A stretch of DNA of 64,000 nt from Octopus vulgaris. Lineage: Eukaryota. The DNA lies in assembly GCA_951406725.2 (NCBI GenBank), contig OX597828.1, forward strand, positions 15,934,001-15,998,000. Direction: 5' to 3'. Positions within the stretch are counted from its first letter, which is position 1; every line of letters begins with the position of its first letter. Position numbers and translations under genes: made by a program. Shown here one piece after another: positions 44,657-59,660 of this stretch. Under the pieces are notes generated by a model that saw only the letters and a list, made by a program, of their open reading frames with translations, made no database searches and was not told the origin of the DNA.

Positions 44657-45432
44657 AAGCCAGTAAATCGTCGGAAAATTTGTCGTTAGGCCTATTCATC
44701 ATAGGTAAACACGTCGTCATATTTTTAAACAGCAGAGTATATACATCGCTAAACATTATTTAAAGATTTTATTCGCAGAGTAAATATATCACATTTTATT
44801 AAGAGCAGAAAAGAAATTCAAGAGTGGAAAAAAAAATGTAAATGAAATTTACTCAATGTATACTTGAAAGAAGAATATAAACTTTTAAAATGAGAATCTT
44901 AAAAAAATGCTGTTAAAATATAACACTATTTTGAATTAAAGGAAAGAAGAAGTGTTGTAAAAATAGATAAATTAAGATCAATGTCACTTAAGTAATCCGG
45001 TATGTCGCAATCTTGTTATTCATTGACGATGCGATGAATATTGGTACAGCTTTCTTTATGTTTCTTTCTGCGTTGTGGAATTTCCACATGATCATTATTA
45101 TTTCGCATCTTGATAATTTCTTTTCCAAGATTTCTTGAAAAAAAAAAAGAACAAAAACAAAAGAAAAAAAGAAGAAAGGAAAATAAAAAATAAAAAAATC
45201 CAAATCGTTGGAAAGAAACTTTTTTTTTTTTGACTAGGAATATCTTTATCATTGTTAATGAAACGAGACGTATTTACTCTGCGAATAAAAGACCTCCAAA
45301 ACCATAAATAACGCTTAACTTTGGATTTACTCTAAAGAAAAAAAATTACAAAACAAAACAAAAAATACGACTATGTATTTCACGACGATGCATTTGACAT
45401 GGCGATAACATTACAGACGCTACATTGGCTGG
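44657..45432. mobile_element. Old TIR element with long degenerate inverted ends
   Basis: TTTTATTCGCAGAGTAAATA (~44767) vs TATTTACTCTGCGAATAAAA (~45271), plus weaker matches out to both ends. Confidence 0.55.
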
Positions 45433-45810
45433 TTTCTCACACACACACACACAAACACACACCCATGCATTGGTTAATGGATGACACAAGAGCACGGGTT
45501 GTGTAATCACTCAATGCATTGATTTGCTTTTTTGAAATAAACATACGCTTTGTTTTAATGGCACCAAGAAAGCTGTAGTATGTTACACAAGCTCTCAGCT
45601 CCGAGTGTACTACTTCATACAGTCAAAATAGTTATTAGTTAATGAAGATGATTACGCAGCTACTGTTTGTGTATCATTCGTTGACTCATGTTACGCTCTC
45701 TAATCTCTCCACGTTTTCTCCCAAAAGCAAAAGTATGTTGCATTCTAGCAACTGGTTATTGACACTACTATGCGTAAGTAAAATCGTAACTTATGTCTCT
45801 CTCTCTCTAC

Positions 45811-45906
<96 letters not shown>

Positions 45907-46402
45907 GATCCCTATTGATCAATTTTTTTTCCTCTCCCCCTTTTTTTTAACCCCCCTTTTTTTGTCCTCTTTCTCTCCTTTTACGATCCCTTTTGATCGA
46001 AACTCCCCCTTCCTTTTTTTTTCTTTTTTTTTTCTAAACCTTCAAAAGAAAAGCTCTACCTTGTAATTTGTTCTATCTGTGTGCAGCCCTGTGTGGCTAA
46101 TAAAGAAACATATCTAAACAAGAAAGAAAATCGAAAGGAAAAATGAGACACTATTGCCCAAGGTTCCCGTGGTCTTTTCCGTAGGTCTTTCTATCCACGG
46201 ACAAACCTAATCTGTTTTCCCTTTTTACATTGACATTTCTGTGATACACGATCCCTATTGATCGGCCCCCACTTTTTTTTCTTTTCACGATCCCTTTTGA
46301 TTGGAATTGCCCCCCATCTTTTTTTTCCTTCTTCCCAAAAAGAAAAGCTCTACTTTGTATTTTGTCCCTTCTGCGTTCATCACTGCGTGGCCAATAAAGA
46401 AT
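45907..46402 (+). mobile_element. Two tandem 3'-end fragments of an unclassified non-LTR element in (TATC)n
   Basis: GATCCCTATTGATC...ACGATCCCTTTTGAT...AAAAGAAAAGCTCTAC...GTGG..AATAAAGAA twice, each followed by TATCTA. Confidence 0.55.
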
Positions 46403-46477
<75 letters not shown>

Positions 46478-46478
46478 G

Positions 46479-46540
<62 letters not shown>

Positions 46541-46542
46541 AG

Positions 46543-46636
<94 letters not shown>

Positions 46637-46674
46637 AGTCTGTCTACCTATCTATCTATCTATCTGTCTATCTG

Positions 46675-46724
<50 letters not shown>

Positions 46725-47099
46725 CCAAGAATGGCAGAGGCTCTCGTTATTTCTAACAATTCTGTGGGGAAGGCAGCTCACCTACGAGAAATATATTCTG
46801 ACGTAACACTCGTAGTGAAAATTGTACGAGACATCTTGCGATGCTTGTCACTGGTGTCTTCTACAGCAACCGAGAGAGTGGCAAAAGTGTTGTATAAGCT
46901 TTTGTCATTGAAATCCAGTGACGTACAAAATGTCTCATTGTTGTTTTGTGTCTTTGATTTAGTGTTTTATAGAATCCTAGGGCAATGGATGCGTGGCGTG
47001 AAAGGTCACATCCGCGCAATATGCAAAGGATGAAAGTAAATCAGAACAATCAGGTTGAATGTGAGACGACTATCATCTGACAAGATGACGCAACCATAA

Positions 47100-47172
47100 T
47101 CATACATCATCATCATCATAATCATCATCATCATCATCATTATCATCCTCGTCATCATCATCGTCGTCGTCG

Positions 47173-47204
<32 letters not shown>

Positions 47205-47718
47205 GTCGTCGTCATCATCATCACCGTCATCATCACCGTGGTCGTCGTCATGATCATCGTCATGATCATCGTCTTCATGATCATCACCGTCATCATCATC
47301 GTCGTCGTCGTCATCATCATCATCATCATCAACATCATCATCATAATCATCAACATCATCATCATTATCATCCTCGTCATCATCATCGTCGTCGTCATCA
47401 TCATCATCATCATCATCATCATCGTCGTCGTCATCATCATCACCGTCATCATCATCGTGGTCGTCATCATCATCACCGTCATCATCATCGTGGTCGTCGT
47501 CATCATCATCGTCATGATCATCGTCGTCATGATCATCACCGTCATCATCATCGTCGTCGTCGTCATCATCATCATCATCATCAACATCATCATCATCGTC
47601 ATCATCATCATCATCATCGTCATCGTCGTCATAACCATCACCGTCATTATCATCGTCGTCATCACCATCACCGTCATCATCATCGTCGTCATCACCATCA
47701 CCGTCATCATCGTCGTCG

Positions 47719-47805
<87 letters not shown>

Positions 47806-47840
47806 GTAGCAGCAGCAGCAGCAGCAGCATCATCATCACC
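47100..47840. repeat. Compound (ATC)/(GTC) trinucleotide array
   Basis: Direct reading; internal block duplication (CATTATCATCCTCGTC twice). Confidence 0.95.
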
Positions 47841-48069
47841 ATTTACTCTCTGTTTTCTACATTGGTATGGGCTGGATGGCTGGACAGGAGCTGGCCAGTC
47901 AGAAGACAGCGCGAAGCTCCCATTTGCAATGGCTTCTACAACTGGATGCACTTCTTAACGCCAACCACTTTACAAGCGCTTCTTAAATGACACCAGCAAC
48001 AGTGAGGTCACCAAATAATTTACAGTACAAGCATACGTACGTACATACATACATACATACATACACACA

Positions 48070-48548
<479 letters not shown>

Positions 48549-48804
48549 TTGCTTTCTCGTATACAAGCGAAGCCATCCCTAGAAAGAATCATTGAAATGA
48601 GTCATTGATGGTGCAATGTGAGGCCCTTGTATGATTCTTGAGCCGAGCCAAAGATTTGCACATTCTATGTGGTGGGTGGCACAGGGAGCAGGTGCCACAG
48701 TATGAACTCTTTTGACATTGCCTTTTCAATCCTCCGACTGAAAGGCACACATTTCCACAAGTAGCACACACACACACACACACACGCAGACACATACGTG
48801 TGTG

Positions 48805-49158
48805 TATTATTAACCACATATACTCAAGGTATATGCTTCGTGTAGTTCCCCGTGGCTGCACTCTCAAACGTTGAGTTGTATACACCTCAGAGTCATGGAT
48901 AGACGAGGTAGCTCACCTTCAATCGCCATTTTTGTGGCATGCCAACATTAAACATTATATACCCACCAGGGTTGAAGGCAAATCACCAAGTGATGTCGAC
49001 CAGCCACACAAACGGCGAAATATCGGTCTCCATCACTCCCAAATGGGATTGAAGGTGAGTCACATCGCCTGTCCGTGACTGAGATGTTTTAACACCCGGC
49101 GCTATTGCAGCCACCGGAAAATACACGAAGCATATACGTTAAGAATATGTTATTAATA
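48805..49158. mobile_element. MITE-like element with ~130-bp degenerate inverted arms
   Basis: GTATATGCTTCGTGTA / TACACGAAGCATATAC, GTGGCTGCA / TGCAGCCAC and CTCACCTTCAATC / GATTGAAGGTGAG. Confidence 0.7.
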
Positions 49159-49247
49159 TTTATTATACTAGAGCTGCTTATATTTTATACATACATATAT
49201 ACATACATACATACATACATACACACACACTCACTCACTCACACACA

Positions 49248-49304
<57 letters not shown>

Positions 49305-49467
49305 TGGCTCCTCATACGTACGTTTCATGTTTGCGAGATATGCAACAGGAAATGCATCCATTACGTAAACCGTCGTCAGTTAATGTATTTCAACTAAAAC
49401 ATACGTACTAAATGGTTTCACAATATCTCTATTTGCTCTGACTTCATTATTGTAACTAATACGTAAT

Positions 49468-49640
49468 GCGGCAAGCTGACAGAACCGTTAGTACGCCGTT
49501 AGCAATGCTTAGCGGCATTTCGTCTGTCTTTACGTTCTGAGTTCAAATTCCGCCGAGGTCGACTTTTTCTTTTCGTCCTTTCGGGGTCGATAAAAAAGTA
49601 TCACTTAAGTAATGGGTTCGATGAAACCGACTAACCTCCG
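49468..49640 (+). mobile_element. SINE family A
   Basis: GCGGCAAGCTGACAGAACCG...GAGTTCAAATTCCGCCGAGGTCGAC. Confidence 0.8.
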
Positions 49641-49680
49641 TTCCTCCACCTCAAAAAAAAAGGAAAATATTCAGACCGTG

Positions 49681-49732
<52 letters not shown>

Positions 49733-49733
49733 G

Positions 49734-49939
49734 TGACCACGTGTGTACCGTTGGCGATTTTTTTCCCTCTGTCTTTCCTTCTCTGGATCTTTCCTTCTCC
49801 TATGTTTCCGACGAAGAGCTCCGCTCGAAACGTTAAACCCTCCTTCTTCCCTTCCTTCCTGAGCGTCCAATAATACTATATTTGTTCCACGTTCTCGCGT
49901 TGTTGTGTTTCCTCTTTGTGTTTTCATGTTTGGATTAAC
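49734..49939 (+). mobile_element. Hammerhead-bearing element, family II (motif 49804-49838)
   Basis: GTTT-CCGACGA-A-GAGC(TCC)GCTC-GAAA-CGTT-AAAC; U4C change relative to the 16043 copy. Confidence 0.7.
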
Positions 49940-49971
<32 letters not shown>

Positions 49972-50159
49972 AGGATTATTACAACTATTACGGCTCGATT
50001 CTAGTACAGACAATCCGGTTTTGATTCCACCTATGTAGGTACTGTATCAACGATTTGCAGCAGTCTCTTATATTTGACTAGAGTCGAAAATTCTAGTAAC
50101 ATATAACGCTTCTTAGCGTAACACGAAGTAATATATAAATAATTTATATATATATATAT

Positions 50160-50232
<73 letters not shown>

Positions 50233-51020
50233 CATACATACACAAAAATATATATATATAATTATATATAAGTGTATCATATATTATATAATATTTGCAA
50301 TATATTGTTTAAATATATAATATCTACCTTTATTATTGTCGGAAGATATTTCGTGTAACATCCCTCTCCACCACCTTGCTTTTTTTTATTTCTAAATATT
50401 TTTTTCCCCAGAAAATCTTTGTTGGATTTCTATGTATGAAACATCGTAGATTACGATTCTGCGAAAGAAATGTTCCGAAAAATGGTAATGTTTTCATGTT
50501 TTTGCCAGTCCCGTTTTTCCGCTACTCAGTATGCAAACTGCTGTAATATTTTTTTTCCCCCCTTTTCATTTTAGCTTTGCTATTTAGTTTGTAAAATACA
50601 TATTTGAAACGTATGGGATGACGTAGCTTTATAATGGAGTTTCTCACAAAACCCTCTTTTTATTTTCTGCTTTTTGAAGCGGAGTTGTTTTTTCTTATGC
50701 CGAAAGAGCGCCATTATATAAACATGCATGCATACGATACATTCATAGATATACACTAACATACATTCAAGCATGCATGCATCTATACTTGCATGCATAA
50801 ATGTCTACTTAGCTTCATATACACATGCATACCTTGTGTATATATATACAGCATGATGACGGCGAGAAAGCTGATATTTCGAAGTCACTATCAATCTTTA
50901 TAAAAAGGAATATGTATTGCGTTATCCTTTAATGTAATGTTAAATTGTTTTTACGCATAATTTATCATTAATACATATACACACATAATATAATATATAT
51001 GTATAATATACATTATGATG

Positions 51021-51064
<44 letters not shown>

Positions 51065-51433
51065 TATATATACATATATATACATATATCTATATACATG
51101 TATATATACACACACGCAGCATATATATATATATATATATACTCTTTACTCTTTTACTTGTTTCAGTCATTTGACTGCGGCCATGCTGGAGCACCGCCTT
51201 TAGTCGAGCAAATCGAACCCAGGACAAATTCTTTTAAAGCCTAGTACGTATTCTATCGGTGTCTTTTGCCGAACCGCTAAGTTACGGGGACATAGACACA
51301 CCACCATCGGTTGTCAAGCGATGTTGGGGGGACAATCACAGACACACAGACACACACACACACACACACAAATATTATTCGGTATATCTTATCTTTAGTA
51401 GGTATAGAAGCAGATGCGTTACGTAAGATTAAC

Positions 51434-51536
<103 letters not shown>

Positions 51537-51539
51537 TAC

Positions 51540-51579
<40 letters not shown>

Positions 51580-52471
51580 ATAATATATTATATCAAATTT
51601 GTTTTTTTTATTATGGTTTTATTATTTATTTAATTCAAAAGAATTATAAATATATGGGACACCCAAATCTTTTAAGTGCTTAGAATTTCTATGGGTCTTA
51701 ATTCGGCCCTGCAGATCATTGATGAAATAATTACCGGTAAAATATTGCAGCTGACTCAATAGCCTATATTTGAATTTAAGATCTTGTGTCGTCTTTTTTG
51801 TCTTGAAATCGATCTTCATTGCTGGGTTCGGTTCTAGAACTGGGTTCGATTCTAGAACTGGGTTCGATTCTAGTAATTCCTTGAAATACGATATGGTTCA
51901 TTCACGTATTGTGTGACGTTCAAACAGAAGTCTTCACAACAACAACAACAGCAACAGCAACAGCAACAACAACAACAACAACAAAGCCTTCTTATCAGAT
52001 TCCAACATCAAATGTGCCATTTACTGTTTGGGCAACTCTGAGAAGGTCAAATATCTGGAAGAATGCAAACTTGGAGAATAATGAAGGAAACGCATTGAAG
52101 ATGGCGTCGACGACGACGACGGCTACGATCACAATAAGGACAATGACACTATGACACAATAGTACTGGTAACAGTGGTAGTGGTGGTCGTGGTAGTAGTA
52201 GTAGTAGCAGTAGTAGTAGAAGCAGTCGTGGTTCTTACCATTACTAGGAACTGTAGTAATGGTAGTGGTGGTAGTGATAATAGCAGTGGTGGTGGTGGTG
52301 ATAGTAGTAGTAGTAGTCGTAGTGGTAGCATCTGCAAGGGTAGCGATTCTAGTTATGAGTGTAGAAACAGCAGCGGTATTTGTATTGGTATTGTTAGTAG
52401 TAGTAGTTGTCGTCGTTGTTGTGTTAATGGTAGTATTACTAACAATAGTAAATGAAGGTGAAGAAGACAAA

Positions 52472-52518
<47 letters not shown>

Positions 52519-53623
52519 AGAAGAAGAAGAAGAAGAAGAAGAAGAGGCTGAAGAAGACATAGAAAACTTAAGAAGAAAAGCAGAGGAAGAGGAAGAAGAA
52601 GAAGAGGATGGGGAGAAGAAAAAGTAGTAGGAGAGGACAAAGAAAAATAGGAAGAAAAGCAAAGAAGGAGAAGGAGGCGGAGGAAAGGACGAAGAAAAAG
52701 AAGAATGCGGAATAGGAGGAGAAGGAGGAGAAAAGGAGAGCAGAGGAGGAAGAGGAGAAAAAGAAAGAAGGTATAGGAGGAGGAGAAGAAGAAGAATGAA
52801 GGCAGAGAAGGAAGAAGAGGACAAGGAGGAGGAGGATTAGGAGGAGAAGAAAAAGAAGAAAAATAATGAGAAAAGCAGAGGAGAATGAGGCGGAGGAAAG
52901 GACGAAGAAAAAGAATGCGGAGTAGTAGTAGGAGGAGATGAAGGAGAGCAGAGAAGGAGGAGGAGAAAGATTAGGAGGAGAGAGGAGAAAAAGAAAGAAG
53001 GTATAGGAGGAGGAGGAGAAGAAGAACGAAGGCAGAGAAGGAGGAAGAGGACAAGGAGGAGAAGGACTAGGAGGAGAAGGAGGAGGAAAAAAGGAAAAAA
53101 AGGAAGAAGAAAGATGTAGACGTAAGAACGTCGAACACAGAACAAAACCAACAAATAAAACAGAACCGACAACAACAACAACAACAACAACAGCAGCATG
53201 AATGATAACAGCAATGACGACGATGATAACGACGATGACAATGACGACGACGACGGGGACGATAACAGCAAGAATAACGTGAATGACGACGATGACGATG
53301 ATGATAACGCCGACAACACAAACAATAACAATAACAACAACAACAACAGCGGCTGCATGAATAACGATGATGACGACGATGATGATGATGACGACGATGA
53401 TGACGATGATGACGATGATGATGATGATGATGACGATGATGACGATGATGACGATGATGATGATGATGACGACGATGACGATGATGATGACGATGATGAC
53501 GATGATGATGATGACGATGATGATGATGATGATGATGACGATGATGATGACGATGATGATGATGATGACGATGATGATGATGACGATGATGATGATGACG
53601 ATGATGATGATGACGATGATGAC

Positions 53624-53658
<35 letters not shown>

Positions 53659-54809
53659 CGATGACGATGATGACGATGATGATGATGACGATGATGATGA
53701 TGATGATGATGATGACGACGACAAAAATAGCGGCAACAAGAACGTGGAGGTTAAAGGAAGTGTGAGCGAACAAGAAGCTCCGTAACGAAAGGTCAGAGAT
53801 GGAAAGAATACAAGACGACATATTGTCACTTCTATCTTCACCTTCTTACGGGGACACACAGACATGCGCAGATACGCACACACACACACACACACACACG
53901 CATGCACACACAAACACACACACGCGCGCGTGCGTGCACACACATACATATACACAAACATCCCTAGTCACGCTATCGTTACACGCGTATAAATAAACGT
54001 ACACTGAAACACACACACACACACACTTGTAAACACACAAGAAGCATGCACTCAAGTAAATACAATCGCATGCATACACACACACACGTGCACACACACA
54101 CACACACGCACACACACACACGCACACACACACACACACGCGCACACACACACACGCACACATACAAATACACACATGCACATATGAACGAGCGCATATG
54201 CACCGAAAGATAAACACCTACGCGCAAGTGCGTACCATTATATATATCTTAGTACACACGCGCACAAAATACCAACACACACACATATGTGCACATGCAT
54301 ATACGCACACAGACGTAAATACAAATTCATACGCGCACACACACACAAGCAGACAGATAGAAGGACTCACACACATACACACATACGTAGACGTATGCAC
54401 AAATATAACTATCTAAACACAAACCCAAACATTTACACACAAACATAGACCCATATATCAATTCACACATATACACACACATACACATAAATGTTCTCAT
54501 GTATGCACACACACTGGCATACACTCATTCAAAAGAATTTTGCGAAAACTTAAGAAATAAGTTGTCACATTAAGAGGAAGAATCATGCTTAGAAGAATAT
54601 TGATGACATAAGAATTTGGTCAAAGAATATATTTAAAACATGCATGCATACATATATACATCATACATATACGCATACATCCATGAGTACTTACATACAT
54701 ACACACACATACGTTTGATTGTTGAACATTGAAAAATGAGTTTCCTAAACCAAAAAAAAGCTGTGTATCTACGGTTTCTCTATCTCTTCAGTTCCACGTA
54801 AAGAATGCC

Positions 54810-55190
54810 ACAAATATTTAGGCATTGATAACAAATACATCATACGAATCTACTGTGAATAAAAATAGAGTGACCCGGGAATATTACGCTAGACTTAGAA
54901 AAGCATGACTGTCGGAACTCGCGGCGAAATCTCGCAACACATTTGCCATAATAATGGTGCAAGCGTTTAGGATACTTGACTGGTCTGTAGAGGAAATCCA
55001 CTTCATATACGTTAAAATCTGTAAGAACCTGACATCAACCGGAATCTTTCACAAAAAAAGGTGAATTTGACAGGCTCTATTAGTAAATTTTCAAGCCTCT
55101 ACTTCTTTCATCTTTTCTGAGATGAAAAATATAGAGGGTTGAAATCAGTACAGATAGGTTTTGAATGTCGTATAGTGTATGTCTCTCTGC
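54810..55190 (+). mobile_element. Decayed R4/Dong-like RT fragment
   Basis: YLGID, VNKNRVTREYYARLRKA*LSEL, ILDWSVEEI, DRLY and RGLKSV..FECRIV motifs in the expected order. Confidence 0.6.
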
Positions 55191-55373
55191 AACAAATGCT
55201 GAACAACAGTAGCAAGAACGGAAGCGAAGAGCATCGTACTGTTAGCACTGAGCTCTTCAGAAAGTACTCCCTGCTTGACGTCCGTTCATACTACTTCGAA
55301 ACAGCTGGAGTAAAGATGACGTAGATGTGAAACGTTCAGCATAAAAAAGAAAAACAAGAACAAACTATGCATG

Positions 55374-55947
55374 GGCGCAGGTGTAGCTGTATGGTTCCGC
55401 TTTCAGTCCTGCAACGTGGCACCTTGAAAAAGTGGTCTTCTACTATAGCTCATGTCGGCAAAAGCCTTGTGAATGGATTTGGAAGACGGAAACTGGAAGA
55501 AGCCTGTAGTATCTGCAAGGGTAGCGATTCTAGTTATGAGTGTAGAAATAGGCAACACTTTTACTTGTTTCAGTCATTTGACTGTGGCCATGCTGGAGCA
55601 CCGCGTTTAGTCGAACAAATCGACACCAGGACTTATTCTTTGTAAGCCTGGTACTTATTCTATCGGTCTCTCTTTTGCTGAACCGCTAAGTAACGGGGAC
55701 GTAAACACACCAGCATTGGTTGTCAAGTGATGTTGGGGGGACAAACACAGACACAGACACACACACATACATATACATATATACGACGGGCTTCTTTCAG
55801 TTTCCGTCTACCAAATCTACTCATAAGGCTTTGGTCGGCCCGAGGCTATAGTAGAAGACACTTGCCCAAGGTGCCACACGGTGGGACTGAACCCGGAACC
55901 ATGTGGTTGGTAAGCAAGCTACTTACCACACAGCCACTCCTACGCCT
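55374..55947. mobile_element. Inverted pair of SINE B copies
   Basis: Plus head 55374-55505; full minus copy 55558-55947. Confidence 0.85.
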
Positions 55948-55955
55948 ATATATAC

Positions 55956-55996
<41 letters not shown>

Positions 55997-56028
55997 CGCA
56001 CATACATACACACACACACACGCGCACG

Positions 56029-56072
<44 letters not shown>

Positions 56073-56887
56073 CATATATTTAATGTATATGTATGCACGT
56101 GTGTTTGTACAACTGGTGTTGGTGTGTTTATGTTCCCTTAACTTAGCGGTTTGACTAAAGACACCAATAGAATAAGTATGAAGTTTTAAAAAAGTAAATA
56201 AGTACTGGGGTTGATTTGTTCGACTACAGTTCTTGAAGGTGGTGCCCCAGCATGGCCACAGTCTAATGACCGAAACGAGTTAAAATAACGACGAGTATGT
56301 TTCCCGAAGACTTAAAGATGACACTAATATGAACACAAAGGGTAGCCTTTCTTGACTGCTGACAGCTGCAACGCATCACATTTTGAACCCCATGCGTTTG
56401 CAATCCAAAAGCAGGAGATTGCTACAAAATATCTACTAAATAAAGAGAGACAGCAAAACCCTTTGAGCTTCGAGATGCAACTGAAAATATCGATTATGTC
56501 ACATTTCTGTGGAAGACATTACTCGAGTGATCTGTAGCTGCCTAAAAAAAGTGCCATCGAAGTATTACCTCTCAATGTAACATGACGCTGTCACTAAAAT
56601 AATATTCCATGCCATCCGATACAGAAAGAAAGACTGTCATGGGATAAATATAAAGAATCTATGCTGTTGGATACATACATGAATATCATATTCTTAATTT
56701 TTTTTTAGGACTACAGTTAGTGATGGGGTGCCGTCATGAAATAGGACTGTCTTGGGTGTTTCAAACCGGGTGGAGCGCATAATTCGCCATGTGAGAATAT
56801 AACCGATATCTTCCATTGACAGAGGGAGAGAGGAGGAGGAGGAGAGAGAGAGAGAGTGAGAGAAGGGAGAGAGTGAAGTGGCAGTAA

Positions 56888-56926
<39 letters not shown>

Positions 56927-56950
56927 AAGCAGAAGAAGAAGAAGAAGAAG

Positions 56951-56982
<32 letters not shown>

Positions 56983-57253
56983 GAAGAAGAAGAAGAAGAA
57001 GTAGAAGAAGAAGAAGAAGAAGAAGGAGGAGGAGGAGGAGGAGGAGAAGAAGGAGAAGAAGGAGAAGGAGAAGAAAGAAGAAATGAAGAAGAATCGACTT
57101 CAGCAAGGGATTGGTGACTTATTTATTGATCCCGAAAGGAGTGAGGTTTGAAATCAGATTGCCAGAGTGAATGCGTATGCGCGCGAGCACACAGACACAC
57201 AGACAGACAGACACATGAGTTCTCTTCGATATTTGAACACTGAGAGCATGAAA

Positions 57254-57322
<69 letters not shown>

Positions 57323-57618
57323 CATACATACACACACACATATACATATACATTAGATAATTTTTTTATCTTTGCCCTTGTGGGTCATATAATCAACCTT
57401 TATAGTCAATTGTTCTTCTAAAAAAACTTACTTCCCGCTTCCGACTATGTAGCTTGGAGATCAAGTCATTTTATATCTATTGTCTGGCCTCTTTGTCTAT
57501 CTGTTTGTTTAAGACATCAGCTGAAGATGAAGGATTTTTTGCCATGATGTAATCTTAGAATGCATCAGTAAAATGCTCCAGAAACAGATGTTGGGTATTT
57601 TGAACCTCCCTTGTGTTC

Positions 57619-57994
57619 TTATTACCTCCGCCTTCCCTAAGGCAGAGGTATTGTTTTCAGTCGTATTTGTTTGTTTGTCCGTGGGCAAGATATCTCAAGA
57701 ACCGCCGGATGGATTCGGATGAAACTGCCAGGGATGTTTGGCCTCGTAACTGGCACAAACTGATTAGATTTGGGGATTGATCCGATACTGGACAAGGATT
57801 CTGGATTATTTTTCCTGTTTTTTTTTTTTTACTTAATTTTTGATAGTAGTCGAGTTCATTTTTAGTATCCTCGTTTCTGAGAGCAGTCGAGTTTATTTCA
57901 GATATCCTCCTTTTAAAAATCATCTCCGGCTAATCGTTGAGAGGACGGTTGGTGTTGCCTTGGCGGAGGTTTGCGCTCTCTGAGTGCACTTGTT
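57619..57994 (+). mobile_element. Helentron-associated non-autonomous element (HINE/DINE-1-like)
   Basis: 5' TTATTACCTCCGCC, (GTTT)n after the 5' end, 3' subTIR GGCGGAGGT followed by hairpin GCGCTCTCTGAGTGC and TT. Confidence 0.75.
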
Positions 57995-57999
57995 ATATA

Positions 58000-58515
58000 T
58001 TCTTTTACTTGTTTAAGTCATTTGACTGCGGCCATACTGGAGTACCACTTTAAACGGTTTTAATCGAAGGAATTGACCCCCAGGACTTAGTCTTTGTAAC
58101 TCTTGTATTCATTCTATCGTTACCTTTGGCCGAACCGCTAGATTACGGGAACATAAACACACCAGCATAGATTATCAAGCGATGGTGGAGTGAGAAACAC
58201 ACACACACACACATACATACATACATACATACATACATACATACATACATACATACATACATACTTACATACATACATACGTACATACATACATACATAC
58301 ATACATACATACATACATACACAAACATACGCACGCAGGCACACACACATCTGGATATAGATATATACGCGAGGAGCTTCTTTCAGTTTCTGTCTGAATA
58401 TATCCACTCACAAGGCATTGGTCACCCCGAGGCTATAGTAGAAGACACTTACCCAAGGTGCCACACACTGGGACTGAACCCGGAACCACGTGGTTGGGAA
58501 GGGAGCTTCTTATCA
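58000..58515 (-). mobile_element. SINE family B
   Basis: Family B tail/body/head with internal (CATA)n. Confidence 0.8.
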
Positions 58516-58938
58516 CACACACACATATGCATACACACACTCAAGCACACACACGCACACACACTTTGTATGAAAGGCCACACACAAGAAAGTCAAGTTG
58601 TAGGAACAAAAAAACAAAACAAAAGAAGAAACCCCAAAATAACACAGAACAAAGAATATCCCAGATTATAACAAAGAAAATTGATCTGAGAACAATTAAA
58701 AAACATAGTTGGGGAAAATACATTGTGTATGTATTAGTAATTTGAGTTGAGCTGTAAATAAAGACAGAATGGCGACCAAGAGAGGCCACCCTTTAAGAAA
58801 AATAATAACAATAAACACAAAAGACAAAAAGACAAACAAACATTACAGAAATATCTTTAGCGATATAGACACAACAGCCACGTTTCCCCTATCCCCAAAC
58901 CGAAATTGCGAACAAAAATAAAATGATTAACACAGATG

Positions 58939-58989
<51 letters not shown>

Positions 58990-59356
58990 GCGTGTGTATG
59001 TGTGTGAGTGTGTAGAGAAATATTGTACGATAAACAATTTGTCAAAGATTTTCCGAGAAATATGACAACGAAGCAGAATAAATACTTTAAGGGAAGGGGA
59101 GATAACATGATACATATTGCGATAAAAATACTGACTGATGTTACGATGAGATGAAGATTGAGATTGACAGATTTTGAGACTTATCTTACAATCAGGATGT
59201 TTCAATGTGTGTATGTGTGTGCGTGCGTATGTGTGTGTACGTATGTGTACGTGTATGTATATATATATATTTCTTTTTTCATACATATATCTATATATTT
59301 GTGTATATTGTGTATATATGTAAATATATGTATGAGCGTGTGTATGCGTAAGTATG

Positions 59357-59397
<41 letters not shown>

Positions 59398-59404
59398 GAT
59401 GGAA

Positions 59405-59660
59405 GCATTCCGTCGGTCACGACGACGAGGGTTCCGGGTGATCCGATCAACGGAACAGCCTGCTCGTGAAATTAACGTGTAAGTGGCTGAGCACTCCACA
59501 GACACGTGTACCCTTAACGTAGTTCTCGGGGATATTCAGTGTGACACAGAGAGTGACAAGGCCGGCCCTTTGAAATACAGGTACAACAGAAACAGGAAGT
59601 AAGAGTGAGAGAAAGTTGTGGTGAAAGAGTACAGCAGGGATCACCACCAACCCTGCCGGA
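59405..59660 (-). mobile_element. 5'-truncated SINE C/X
   Basis: Reverse complement of about 39265-39510. Confidence 0.8.

Noticed and set aside
48600-48730. C2H2-like CSLC...CKSLARLKNH on the minus strand
   Set aside because: Isolated and short; possibly an RTE C-terminal remnant, not enough for a call.
53198-53785. Asp-rich ORF resembling an acidic biomineralisation protein
   Set aside because: It is a GAT/GAC array open in several frames, with no signal peptide or splice support; a similar array exists at 47100-47840.
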